Origin: Octopus bimaculoides
Lineage: Eukaryota
DNA length: 64,000 nucleotides
Assembly: GCF_001194135.2 (NCBI RefSeq)
Contig: NC_068990.1
Span: 37,085,249-37,149,248, forward strand
Direction: 5' to 3'
Part shown: positions 1-10,860 of the stretch, piece after piece
How the letters are laid out: each line of letters begins with the position of its first letter
Numbering within the stretch: the stretch's first letter is position 1
Position numbers and translations under genes: made by a program
The notes under the pieces: model-generated
Database searches by the model: none
Told to the model about the DNA's origin: nothing
Seen by the model: the letters and a program-made list of their open reading frames with translations, nothing else

Positions 1-2
1 AA

Positions 3-185
3 GTAATTAGCATTAATGAAAATGATGATGATATGGAGCAAGGCAGACCAGTCTCAAATGTTGACATAACCTCTAAAATTAAAGGGCAACATGCAATGGA
101 GAATGTGTCTGATTTTGCTATTAGAGAGACAACTCTGAACTCTGAACATGTTTCAGTCTTTTTATGCCACAATAGCAACACATAG
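3..185 (+). CDS. Possible 3' end of a terminal coding exon entering from outside the window
   Basis: 60 open codons in non-repetitive sequence (VISINENDDDMEQGRPVSNVDITSKIKGQHAMENVSDFAIRETTLNSEHVSVFLCHNSNT*), TAG at 183-185, AATAAA at 204-209. No recognisable domain; could be chance. Confidence 0.3.
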   Translation, partial: VISINENDDDMEQGRPVSNVDITSKIKGQHAMENVSDFAIRETTLNSEHVSVFLCHNSNT

Positions 186-436
186 ATAACATCTAGTCAC
201 CACAATAAATGGATGATTTTAAGAATATGAAATTATTTCTGTGAATATGCAAAAACAAACCCCTTGTTTGCCAAATATAATTAATATAATGAAACTGTTA
301 TATTCAATATTTTATTAAATATTTTCCAAATTTAAGTTTTTATATATATATAATACAAATAATAAATGAGTATATGCATATATACGTACATGCGTGTACA
401 TACCTACATCTACATGTATATATAGATCCATATCTG

Positions 437-774
437 GGTACAGGCCGTTGCAAAAAAAACGTGGACAAAATGATAAAGAGAGTACAGAAAACATACAGGC
501 CACATAGAGAACATTTCCTTCATCAGCTGCCACTATTCTAAAACTAAGCGTTTCGAAGAGTTAGGGCAGGACGCATGGTTAGAATATAGTTGGAATTTAC
601 AAAAAAAAAAAAAAAAAGACAGGTGTGCAAACAACAAGCAGATGTATTAGTTTAACACTCAGGAAGTGAGAGTCTTTTACACTTTGAGCCTACACTCTTC
701 AACTGAAAGGAACACTGAAATAAGCAGAGAGAGAAAATAAAAAAGGTTTAGTGGCTAGTGATCAATCACGGCGA
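437..774 (-). mobile_element. Probable Penelope-like pLTR-derived interspersed repeat remnant
   Basis: Minus strand has scattered hammerhead-like half-motifs (CTGATGAAGG near 518-527, CGAAACGC near 548-555, degenerate GAG..GCTC stem near 685-705). No complete ribozyme can be folded. Confidence 0.35.
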
Positions 775-860
775 ATATATACATATATAAACATATAGGG
801 AATGTTTGTAGAAATACATAAATCCAGAGGAGAAGCACACACTAAGATGTAGAGCAGTTG

Positions 861-1116
861 ATATCATAGTGAGGTAGGCTGGTTTATGTGGTTACCCTGG
901 GTTTCTTGTTCATAAGGGCTTTAGCTTCATGGTGTATCTTGAAAGCCCAAACACTGCTGGCCTGAAACCTCTTTAAAAGAGGCCTGGCCTGAGACCTCTT
1001 TTAAAGAGGTTTCAGACCAGCAGTGTTTGGGGTCTGAAGATACACCATGAAGCTAAACCCCTTATGAACAAGAAACCCAGGGTAACCACATAAACCAGCC
1101 TACCCAACCATAATAT
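861..1116. mobile_element. ~250-bp near-perfect inverted duplication carrying a hammerhead-like motif
   Basis: 873-983 and 992-1104 are reverse complements with only a few mismatches; weaker pairing extends to ~861/1116. The centre has two copies of the mini-palindrome CCTCTTT(A/T)AAAGAGG. Confidence 0.9.
1029..1089 (+). ncRNA. Type-I hammerhead ribozyme-like motif with imperfect stem II
   Basis: GGGGT (1029-33), CTGAAGA (1034-40), 31-nt stem II region, GAAA (1072-75), palindromic stem III ACCC-A-GGGT, GUA triplet (A1084), ACCAC pairing with GGGGT at 4 of 5 positions. Confidence 0.45.
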
Positions 1117-1145
1117 ATATACATGTATATATATATTCACATATA

Positions 1146-1310
1146 TCTTTTTATCTTTTACTTATTTCAGACATAGGGACATTCGGCTGTGTCTGTGCAG
1201 GGGCACCACCTTGAAGGGTTTCATTCATCCAATTTATTGCAGTACTAATTTTTAAAATTTGGTATTTGTTTTAAAGGACTCTTATGCCAAAGCTCTAAGT
1301 TGCAGGGATG
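1146..1310 (-). mobile_element. Old fragment of SINE family B (3' part)
   Basis: Degenerate match to the family-B tail (ttttacttatttcag...gggcaccaccttgaaggg). Confidence 0.55.
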
Positions 1311-2699
1311 TCAAGTTGTGTGAGTGGATAAGAAACACCAACACAACAATACACATCCACAAACACAAACACATACACTCACACACAAATGCACGTATGT
1401 ACAAACACACATATAATATTTATATATGTCTATATATATATACATACATGTGCGTGTGTGTGTGTGTGTGTATACAATTATAAATAAAGGCAAAAAGAAA
1501 AAAATTTCTTTGCAAATATGCAGTAAAATAGACGCTAGATTGTCTAACCACATAAGATATTTTCACTTGTATTATTTATTACACCATGCGTAATACCTTA
1601 AAAGGTATTTTTCATATGCTGGCCACTGATAAAAATTTTCAATAAAATTTTATCCTTATATTAGAAGTATATATATATATATAATTGCAGCGTGGAAGGT
1701 GTTTATAAGCCATTTAAGAAACACACAAGAACTGTTAGATTCACTTCAACATTTAAAATTAATTTGCCAAAATATTTTCATCGCTTTGAGACTGTGACCT
1801 GTTCAGTGACAAAATTCCCTTTGTATGTATGTATGTATGTATGTATCTATGTATGCATGTATATACACATGCATATATAAATGTATAGCTCTGTGCAATT
1901 ATTATTTACAGTGGCTTAAATGAAATGGTGTTATTGTTGATTTGTTGTTTTATGTTCTGTATCATAGTGGCTTGACAAATAGAGGAAGATATTACAAATA
2001 CCTGACTAATATAAGTCCTGGTGTTTATATGATCAGTGGCAACCCTTGACAGAACTATGGTCATAGTCCACAGAAGGAAACCAGTATAATAAAAGAAAGA
2101 GTACTAATACATGTGTATATATATATATATTTATATTTATATATATATATATATATAATGAGAGGGAGATAGATAGATAGATAGACAGATTGAGAGAGAG
2201 AGAAAGAAAGAGAGCAAGATGAATATTTATACATATATACACACATAAAAGCACACATGCATACACATGCTTGTATATGTATGTAGAAAGTTTTGCAGTT
2301 TGCTTGAAAGCTTTCCAGAATATGTAAAAATTCAGTGTGTTATAGGCAGCGATAGCAATGCAGAAAGAACGCTAAATATAAAAAATAACTATAACAAAGA
2401 TATCAAAATGTTACCTTAGTAATATTTGCTTAGTCCTGTTTTGAGTTAAAAATGCCTTTTCAAAAGCTTTAAAGAACAAGAGAAAGATAGAGGGGTGGAG
2501 AGAGATAGAAAGAGAGAGAGAGAGAGATTATATTACATGACCATTTTGTTGTATCAGATCCTTGTGTGTCGTAATAGAATTACCATGTGTTGAAAGGTGT
2601 AGAAATTTGGGGCTGTGGTTTGTGTTCCATGATCTAAGTGTCAGGTTGAGGTGATATATGTATGAGGAAGAAGTGGATCAAATATTGTGAATCATGATA

Positions 2700-3010
2700 T
2701 TCATATTATCCACTGCACTCATTCAAATCAAGTCAGCTGTTACTTGGTGTTTTATTTTTTTATCAGAATAGCTATTTTTTTTTATCCGTAAGTGATATTG
2801 TGGTCTATAGCTGTCCTCTTCATGTTCCTATATTTTTTTGACATGTTTCTTTTGAAAGATGATGAGAGTGTGTTGAGATGCTCTTTAATTCAGATATGCA
2901 ATGTAGCTGAATTATGGTACCAGTGTAACATTCATTGAATTTAGCACACTAGATCTAATATTCCATCATGAGGATTCTGCTTGCATATTGTTCATGCTTT
3001 GTTGAAGGGT
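2700..3010 (-). mobile_element. Heavily decayed Penelope-like GIY-YIG relic
   Basis: Minus-strand translation Y*I*CAKFNECYTGT, then (frameshift) LHI*IKEHL, resembling IYxIxCxxCxxxYIGxT...LxxRIKEH. Confidence 0.4.
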
Positions 3011-3026
3011 GGGAAAATACCACTGG

Positions 3027-3533
3027 AAGGTGTTGTAGTTCACGTCTCCCTTCTCTTTAAGCATAAAAATTTGTGTGGGTAGGATTTTTCTCAGTTTAGT
3101 GGATAAACACTTTCCTTGTATGGACAGGTACACTAAAATTTTTTATACATATATCTCAAAAGTTTCCTTTAGGTCTACACCCAGTGTGAAAAAGCTATTG
3201 GTAGGTAGACCCACACTTGAGACAGAGGTAGGATGCACATGTAGTAGTAACTTCACATGTCCCCTTAATGGCCACTGTAACATGGAAACAGTAGTACATG
3301 AGGCAGAGGTAGCATCAAAAGGCCTAAAGGGGCAAGCAAACGTGTGGAACAGATTCAATAATCATAGGTCCCCATTCAGTATCTTGGACAGATGAAATGC
3401 TACAGCCCTGGCCAGGAACATATGGTCGTTAAAGAAAAGTACTACAGAGTACCGAATAAAGTAGAACATCTTAGAAAAGTGCAATGCTTATTTTAATTGC
3501 AGCAGAAAGTGCAGGTTATGTTTAGCTGAGTAA
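3027..3533 (+). mobile_element. Penelope-like retroelement fragment: linker, Cys-rich motif and GIY-YIG endonuclease (pseudogene)
   Basis: One frame with 4 stops: KVL*FTSPFSLSIKICVGRIFLSLVDKHFP...KIF...KVSF...CTCSSNFTCPLNGHC..TVVHEAEV...NRFNNH...LARNIWSLKK..EYRIK*NILEKC...KCRLCLAE*. Matches the WFNPPFS..VKTNIGK.FL.L.DKHFP / CNC...CPL.G.C / CxLCL.EK pattern of EN+ PLEs. Confidence 0.88.
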
Positions 3534-4541
3534 AGAACCATGTTAAAAAACCTGAACTGCAGTAGTGACATTTTTAGGCATTGCCCACATGAAAGAATAT
3601 GTATTTTATCATACTTACGAGCCCCATCACTACTATCACCAGTTCTCTATCATCAGCGTTTTCACCAGCATATGCTGAGAACCCAACAAAAAGTTTAACC
3701 AAAACACACACTGTGTGTGTGTGTATGAGAGAGAGAGAGAGTGTGTGTGTGTGTGCATGAGTGTGTGTGTCTGTGTACATGTGATTACCCATATATTTTT
3801 TTAACTAAACATCTCCTTGACTTTGAATTATAAACAAAAATCAATGTGATAAAATATATATAAGCATTACTCAAATAATATACAAACATATAACTCCCAA
3901 TGGTAGCTGTTATATCATACAATGAGTCATTTAATACCTCTGCAGATCACAGTTTATTCACTGAGTATAATCCTGCCTGGTTTAGGGTGAGATTAGATAT
4001 TTTGCTATCCATATGTTCAACTAATCTGGAGTAGCTATCTATATTTTCATATGAATCACCGAGTTAAGATGCAAATTAAATGGGAATATGATGCATGATA
4101 GGGAATGAAATGGGATGAAATATCAGTATATAAACATACATGGTGCAAGAAATATAAATAGCATGAAGATAAGGTAAAAAAGAAACCCAACAGAGTGTAT
4201 TGGGTTTACACTCAGGAAATTGAAGAAATTGGGACAAGCCTTTTACATTTTGTGTTTAGGCTCTTCTTCTGAAAAAGTACTCCAGGAGAGAGAAAGTGGA
4301 AAAAGAGAAGAACACATATGTGTCTGCTGAACAGTCCCAGCATACTGAAGTGACTGGAAGTGGTAAAGAGGATGCCTTATATGTATAGATGTACACACAC
4401 ACATACATACACACATATATGTCTTCATTCTATTCTTTGCTGCCAAAACGAGAGGATCAATCCACACTTCGTATCTTGTTATTTTTCTCTCTGGACCATA
4501 TTCTGAATTTTTAATTCCCCTGAAGAAAATGGTTAGCCTAC

Positions 4542-4903
4542 CTAGATGAGAAGCAGCTTGGATTTGTGCTATCTTCTTGGTTAGAGAACTGCAGGAGAAG
4601 TACTAGGCAAAAACCAAACTTCTGTATTTGGCATTTGTTGATATGGAGAAAGCCTTTGACAGGGTCTCTTATCTCGTGGGCAAGGAATTTAGTATACAAG
4701 TAGGAGTTCACCAGGGATTGGTTCTCAGCCCCCTCTTGTTTATCATAGTCCTCCAGATTATAAGAGAGGAATTTTAGTCTGGCTGCTCTATGCTGATGAC
4801 ATTGTTCTAGTAGCTAAATCATTACCAAAGTTAGAGAAGAAATTTTATGTATGGAATCAAGATCTGGAATCAAAAGGCCTTAGAATTAATTTGCCAAAGA
4901 CTT
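4542..4903 (+). mobile_element. RTE-clade LINE reverse-transcriptase fragment, internally deleted
   Basis: AIFLVRELQEKY*AKTKLLYLAFVDMEKAFDRV...VGVHQGLVLSPLLFIIVL...LYADD (TATGCTGATGAC 4789-4800) IVLVA...LESKGLRINLPKT. Confidence 0.9.
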
Positions 4904-4916
4904 AATTAGAATTAAT

Positions 4917-5000
4917 TTACCCAAGGTGCAACATAGTGGGACTGAACCCGGAACCATGTGGTTGGGAAGCAAGCTTCTTACCACACAGCCACGCCTGTAC
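4917..5000 (-). mobile_element. SINE family B, tRNA-like head only
   Basis: Reverse complement of the family-B head (ggctgtgtggtaagaagcttgcttcccaaccacatggttccgggttcagtccc). Confidence 0.8.
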
Positions 5001-5002
5001 CT

Positions 5003-5175
5003 TGGGAGCATTTTATCCGTCTTAATATTCTGAGTTCAAATTCCGCCAGTGTTGACTTTGCCTTTCATCCTTTCGGGGGTCAATGAAATAAATACCAGCT
5101 GAACTCTGGGGTCGATGCATTGACTTAATACACTCTACCTCGAAATTCCTGGCCTTAAACCATAATGTGAAACCA
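5003..5175 (+). mobile_element. SINE family A (5'-truncated)
   Basis: B-box gagttcaaattcc followed by gactttgcctttcatcctttcgggg body. Confidence 0.8.
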
Positions 5176-5322
5176 ATGTTTTTGATCTTGTTAATACTGA
5201 TACTGTTACTAACACTATTGATGTTATTGTTGTTGTTGATAAGACTCTCACTGCTCTTATTTTTGGTATTGTTGTCATTGTCATTGCTGCAATTATTTCT
5301 GTTGTCAATGTAGTTGCAGCTG

Positions 5323-5555
5323 AAGGCAACGAGCTGGCAGAAATGTTAGCATGCCAGGCAAAATGCTTAGCAGTATTTCATCTGTCTTTACATTCTGAGT
5401 TCAAATTCCGCCGAGGTCAACTTTGTCTTTCATCCTTTCGGGGTGGATAAATTAAGTACCAGCTACACACTGGGTTCGATGTTATCGACTTAATCCCTAT
5501 GTCTGTCCTTCTTTGTCTACTCTATGTTTACCCCTTGTAGGCAATAAAGAAATAA
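5323..5555 (+). mobile_element. tRNA-derived SINE family A, full length
   Basis: Head gagctggcagaaatgttagc, B-box gagttcaaattcc, body gcctttcatcctttcgggg..taaattaagtacc, tail caataaagaaataa. More than 10 related copies in the window. Confidence 0.9.
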
Positions 5556-5755
5556 GAAGCTTTAGCATGCCAGGCGAAATGCTTAGTGGCATTTCGTCTG
5601 CTGCTACGTTCTGAGTTCAAATTCTGCCGAGGTCGACTTTGCCTTCCATCCTTTTGGGGGTCGATAAATTAAGTACCAGTTGCATACTGGGATCAATCTA
5701 ATCGACTAGCTCCCTCCCCCAAAACTTCAGGCCTTGTGCCTAGAGTAGAAAAGAA
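5556..5755 (+). mobile_element. SINE family A, variant tail, tandem to the previous copy
   Basis: Same B-box and body; tail tccctcccccaaaacttcaggccttgtgcctagagtagaaaaga. Confidence 0.88.
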
Positions 5756-5895
5756 TTTTGTTGCTGCTACAGCTGATGTTGATGTTGCTACGATTGTCAT
5801 TATTTTCCTTGTTATTAATATTGTTACAGCTATTGTTATTGCTTTACTGTTATTGATGTTCTTGTAAATGTGTTGTTTCTATGCATGTTGTTGCT

Positions 5896-6316
5896 AGGCT
5901 CAGAAGTGGCTGTGTGGTAAGTAGCTTGCTTACCAACCACATGGTTCCGGGTTCATTCCCACTGGGCAAGTGTCTTCTACTATAGCACCTTGGGTAAGTG
6001 TCTTCTACTATAGCCTCAGGCTAACCAAAGCCTTGTGAGTGGATTTGGTAGATGGAAACAGAAAAAAGCCCGTCGTATATATGTATATATATATATATGT
6101 GTGTGTTTGTGTGTCTGTTTGTCCCCCCATCATCGCTTGACAACCAATGCTGGTGTGTTTACGTCCCCGTAACTTAGCAGTTCAGCATAAGAGACTGATA
6201 GAATAAGTACTAGGCTTACAAAGAATAAGTCCTGGGGTCGATGATTTGCTCGACTAAAGGTGGTGTTCCAGCATGGCCACAGTCAAATGAAAGAAACAAG
6301 TAAAAGAGTAAAAGAG
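5896..6316 (+). mobile_element. tRNA-derived SINE family B, full length
   Basis: A-box tggctgtgtgg, B-box-like gggttcattccc, internal (TA)/(TG) tract, tail gaaacaagtaaaagagtaaaagag; small internal tandem duplication of gcaagtgtcttctactatagc. Confidence 0.9.
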
Positions 6317-6769
6317 CTGTTGTTGTTGCTTTTACTTTTGTTAGTGATATTTCACCTATTGTTTTTCCTACTACTGCTACGATACTATTATTGTTGTTGT
6401 TACTAACTAATACTGCTGCTGCTGTTGCCGCTGCTGTTCTTGCAGCTCTAAGTGCAGCAGGGTCTTCTAGTGCCCTCCCTTAATACAAAGCTGCACAGCA
6501 GTTCAATCTGTGGTGAATCAGCTCAGTAATATTTCATCTCTGCAATCACGCAATTCAAACTAATTTTCCATTTGCTTCATCATTTCCTTTTTTTTTTTTT
6601 TTTTTTTTCTAGGTTGGTTGTTTGTTTATTTGTTTATGTGATGTTTCTTTCAGAAAAATATTAGCAATAATGTTTCTCTGTCCATCATCATCGTCTTCAT
6701 CACCATCCTGTTCATCATCATCATCATCATCATCTTCACCATCACCACCACTGTTACTATCACTACTAC

Positions 6770-6950
6770 TATAACAGCAACATCACCAACATTACCAATG
6801 ACAACAACAACAACAATACTGCAACAATCACTATTATCACTATCAGCATCATCATTATTATTATCATTATTATTATTCTTATTATTATTATCATTATTAT
6901 TATTATCATTATCATTATTATTATTATCATTATTATTATTATCCTCATTA
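6770..6950. repeat. (ATT/ATC)n trinucleotide microsatellite
   Basis: Directly visible; source of the poly-I/poly-L ORFs 6769-7035 and 6798-6980. Confidence 0.95.
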
Positions 6951-6953
6951 TAT

Positions 6954-7168
6954 AAGGTGGTGAGTTGGCAGAATGGCTAGCATGCTGAGAGAAATGTTTA
7001 GAGGAATTTCGTTCATCTTTACATTCTGAGTTCAAATTCCACCGAGGTCGACTTTGGCTTTCATCCTTTCAGGGTTGATAAATTAAGTACCAGTGATTCA
7101 CTGGGGTCGATGCAATCAACTTGTTCTCTGCCCCCAAATTTCAGGCCTTGTGCCTTTATTAGAAAGAA
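6954..7168 (+). mobile_element. SINE family A
   Basis: Head, B-box and body as in the other copies. Confidence 0.88.
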
Positions 7169-7177
7169 TTATTATAT

Positions 7178-7352
7178 AGGGTGGTGAGCTGCTAGAATGG
7201 CTAGCACACTGGGTGAAATGTTTCATAGCATTTTGTCCAGCTGTACAGACGGAGTTCAAATTCTGCCGAAGTCAACTTTACTTTTCATCCTTTTGGGGTC
7301 GATAAATTAAGTACCAGTAAAACACTGAGCTTGATGTAATTGACTAGTCTCC
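7178..7352 (+). mobile_element. SINE family A
   Basis: Head, B-box and body as in the other copies. Confidence 0.85.
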
Positions 7353-7474
7353 TCCATGTTCTTTTCCCTTCAAGCTATTTGCCCAGTGGTTCAGCTTTCT
7401 AATTTTCAAATCTTTCACAGTTACAGAGACTTCTTCAACATTTCTATCCACAGATAATATTCTTTCCCTACTAT

Positions 7475-7880
7475 TCTTTTATTCTTTTACTTGATTCAGT
7501 CATTTGACAGTGGCCATGCTGGAACCTTTAATCGAACAAATCAACCACAGGCTTATTCTTTGTAAGCCTAGTACTCATCCTATTGGTCTATTTTGCTGAA
7601 CTGCTAAGGTACAGAGATGTAAACACACTAACATCAGCTGTCAAGTGATGGTGGGGGGGGACAAACACAGACACATACACAAATATATACACACACACGT
7701 GCATACACACACACACATACACACACATATATATATGACTGGCTTCTTTCAGTTTCTGTCTACCAAATCCACTCACAAGGCTATAGTTGAGAACACAAGC
7801 CCAACGTGCCAGGCAGTAGGAGTGAACCCAGAACTATGTGGTTGGGAAGTAAGATTCTTACTACACAGTCACACTGTGCC
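7475..7880 (-). mobile_element. SINE family B
   Basis: Reverse-complement match to 5896-6316. Confidence 0.88.
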
Positions 7881-8634
7881 TATGTCCAACATAATTTTGC
7901 AAACCTCCAAATCTGCGCTAATGGTGTCTTCTGCATTTAACAACATCGATTCCCTTCCCTTCTCGGAAAGCAAAGTCTGTTTTCATTACTTTTAGAGTGG
8001 TGTACAGTAACTTACTCATCTCAATTATTAGTATCTTTTTAAATGAGACTTTTAGTAATAATGGCTTTCAGATAAAATTCAATACTCATACTGATTTAAT
8101 GATCCTATAAAGATATTCTAATAAATAATTTGTGAATTAATTTACATTTTAGTTTAAGCATATGATCTAGTATTGCAAAAGATAGCCTAAATTTAATTTC
8201 TTTACATTTCCATATGAAACACACTTAACAGAATTCTAATTAAGGTTAACTACTAAATATTACTGGAAATATTTTTCAAACTCAATTCAAAAGCATTCCA
8301 CCATCAACATTACATTCTCTTCTACCTGCAATTTTATTGCTCTAAACAGTTGTGCACTAGATGGTAATTACATTTTGAAATCTTTAGTATATTGTGCTAT
8401 AGGTACAAGACAATAGCACACCAAAGACGTATATTACAATAAACTTCAGTTCTTATTTTTATTAGCAAATTAATTCATCAGTTCATTTAAGAATTCAGAT
8501 GAAAAATTTAAAAACAAGCCTATCTGAGTATATGTAGTTTTTACAACAACCAAGTCTGATGTTGACCAGAATCAAATGGTCATTTCTCAAAAATGCTTTG
8601 CCATATTCATATGCCTGCTTTCACATTAACCTGC

Positions 8635-8672
8635 ATGGTCACTAATACACTATTTAGTGTATTAGTGACCAT
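8635..8672. repeat. Perfect 18-bp-arm inverted repeat with 2-nt spacer
   Basis: ATGGTCACTAATACACTA-TT-TAGTGTATTAGTGACCAT. Confidence 0.95.
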
Positions 8673-9090
8673 TTGTTCATCATGATAACTTCAAGTTATA
8701 GTAAGTGATGTCATAATCCTCTAGACATGCTTCAAAATAACTATTTCATAACAGTGTACCATCAAAGAGATAATTTCAGGAATTAACTATAAGATATGGA
8801 TAATTTTCATTTCCATTTTTGTCTCTGCTTTTGGATTTTAATAGTTTCAGTTAATTTTAGTTGCAGAGTGAAACATTTTTTATAGATCAGTAATTGCAAC
8901 TGGTTACTTTCTGCATATTTCCTTCACTCATATATATTTATAATTTTAGGTATTTTTAGATATTTTCTTCACATATAGATACATATTGTATTGTTTTTCT
9001 TCTTAGAGATGGAGAAGGGAACAGCATTAGCTACCTACTTTTTTAATTCACTAGAGAAAGAAATCCTTAATACCATCACTAAATTTTTAT

Positions 9091-9235
9091 AAGGCACAGG
9101 AGTGGCTGTGTTATAAGTAGCTTGCTTACCAACCACATGGTTCTGGGTTCAGTTCCACTGTGTGACGCCTTGGGCCAACCAAAGCCTTGTGAGTAAATTT
9201 GGTAGATGGAACCTGAAATAAGCCCTTCGTATATT

Positions 9236-9266
<31 letters not shown>

Positions 9267-9467
9267 TTGTGTGTCTGTGTTTGTCCACCCACCATCGCTT
9301 GACAACCGATGTTGGTGCGTTTACATCTCCATAACTTATCAGTTCGGCAAAAGAGACCGATCGAATAAGTACCAGGCTTACAAAGAATAAGTCCTGGGGT
9401 CGATTTGCTCAACTAAAGGAAGTGCTCCAGCATGGCCATAGTCAAATGACTGAAACAAGTAAAAGAA
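9091..9467 (+). mobile_element. SINE family B
   Basis: Head, body and tail match the other B copies. Confidence 0.9.
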
Positions 9468-9546
9468 TACTATCAACCAATAAATTCCTTTTGCTCCATT
9501 TTATCCATCTGAGGCTGGTTACGCTATTCAAATACCTCCCTAGTAT

Positions 9547-9711
9547 ACATTAGTTACATTTGACGGATATTTGTCTTCGTCTTGTTTGTTGTTAACATGT
9601 TTCGGCTGATATACCCTCCAGCCTTCATCAGGACAAATGAGGAGAAATATCCATCAAATGTAAATAATGTAAATAATGTACATAATTCCTCATCTCTTAA
9701 ATATAGAACTG
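9547..9711. mobile_element. 165-bp Penelope-like mini-insertion with hammerhead core, inverted 3' end and 14-bp TSD
   Basis: TACCTCCCTAGTAT at 9533-9546 and 9712-9725. Minus strand CTGATGA-A-GGCTG(10 nt)CAGCC-GAAAC-ATGTT at 9594-9631. Internal inverted match acatttgacggatattt / aaatatccatcaaatgt. Confidence 0.8.
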
Positions 9712-9734
9712 TACCTCCCTAGTATGTTTATCTC

Positions 9735-10318
9735 ATAAGTAAAAAGGTAAGGTAAAAACCCCCTTCTGTCATGAATGACCATGGGATTGCAGCCTAGAAA
9801 GTTCCCACCTAGACACAAATCTGGGCAAGGTTGTTTATAGAAGAAGGCGGCGAGATGGCAGAAATGTTAGCACGCAGGCGAAATGCTTAGCGGTATTTCG
9901 TCTGCTGTTACGTCCTGAGTTCAAATTCCACTGAGGTCGACTTTGCCTTTCATCCTTTCGAGGTCGATAAATTAAGTACCAGTTACGCACCGGGGTCGAT
10001 GTAATCGACTTAATCTCTTTGTCTGTCCTTGTTTGTCCCCTCTATGTTTAGCCCCTTGAGAGCAATAAAGAAATAAAGTTGTTTATGGAAGACCAGCAGT
10101 CGCCCAAGCATACCACTCTCCACACCAAAGGAAAGGCAAAGGCTGATACAGCTTGGCACCAGTGACATCGTAACTCATTTCTACAGATAAGCAAACTGGA
10201 GCAGTGTGAAATAAAATGTCTTGCTTAAGGACGCAACACACAGCCCGGTCTGGGAATCGAACTCACTACCTTATGATTGTGATCCCAATGCGCTAAGCAC
10301 TGAACCATGAACCTTCAA
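9735..10318 (-). mobile_element. tRNA-headed SINE family F, interrupted by a family-A SINE
   Basis: Minus-strand head tggttcagtgcttagcgcattgg...gagttcgattcccagaccggg; tail gggggtttttaccttaccttttt. Confidence 0.8.
9839..10077 (+). mobile_element. Young SINE family A nested in family F, 9-bp TSD
   Basis: GTTGTTTAT at 9830-9838 and 10078-10086; copy retains many CpGs. Confidence 0.92.
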
Positions 10319-10459
10319 CATTTTTGCATTCTGTTTTTCCTGATCATCTGGAATGATTTGTGTAGTTGCTGTTTCCAATAAAATATATTATATAACTCTA
10401 CATTCAGATCTCAGTACTGAGTAATCTCTTTTTCCCTTGCATGTTCACATTGAAATGCT

Positions 10460-10538
10460 TACACATACACACACACACTCATATACATACATACATGCAT
10501 TTATATACACACATGTACATAAGTGTACAAGCATATAA

Positions 10539-10591
<53 letters not shown>

Positions 10592-10734
10592 CACCCACAC
10601 AAATGTACATATGTGTACATGTATATATGTATATACACATGTACATATGTGTACATGTATATATGTATATACACATACACCCACACATACACACATATAT
10701 AAACATATATATATATATACATACATATACGCAC

Positions 10735-10775
<41 letters not shown>

Positions 10776-10860
10776 TAGATTATACATACATATATACATA
10801 CATATATACATACATATATATATATATATACTTACATATATATGTATCCACAATACATAT
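10460..10860. repeat. Compound (TA)/(CA)/(TACA) microsatellite
   Basis: Directly visible; generates several YIYI/CVCV ORFs. Confidence 0.95.

Noticed and set aside
500-560. Type-II hammerhead from CGAAAC and CTGATGA on the minus strand
   Set aside because: No stem III with a NUH triplet and no convincing stem I could be formed.
3393-3395. In-frame TGA as selenocysteine (as in Naiad PLEs)
   Set aside because: It is not at a Cys-motif position, and the other in-frame stops are TAG/TAA, indicating ordinary decay.
5323-5400. Functional tRNA genes at SINE heads
   Set aside because: A/B boxes are present, but no cloverleaf forms and the sequence continues into repeat bodies.
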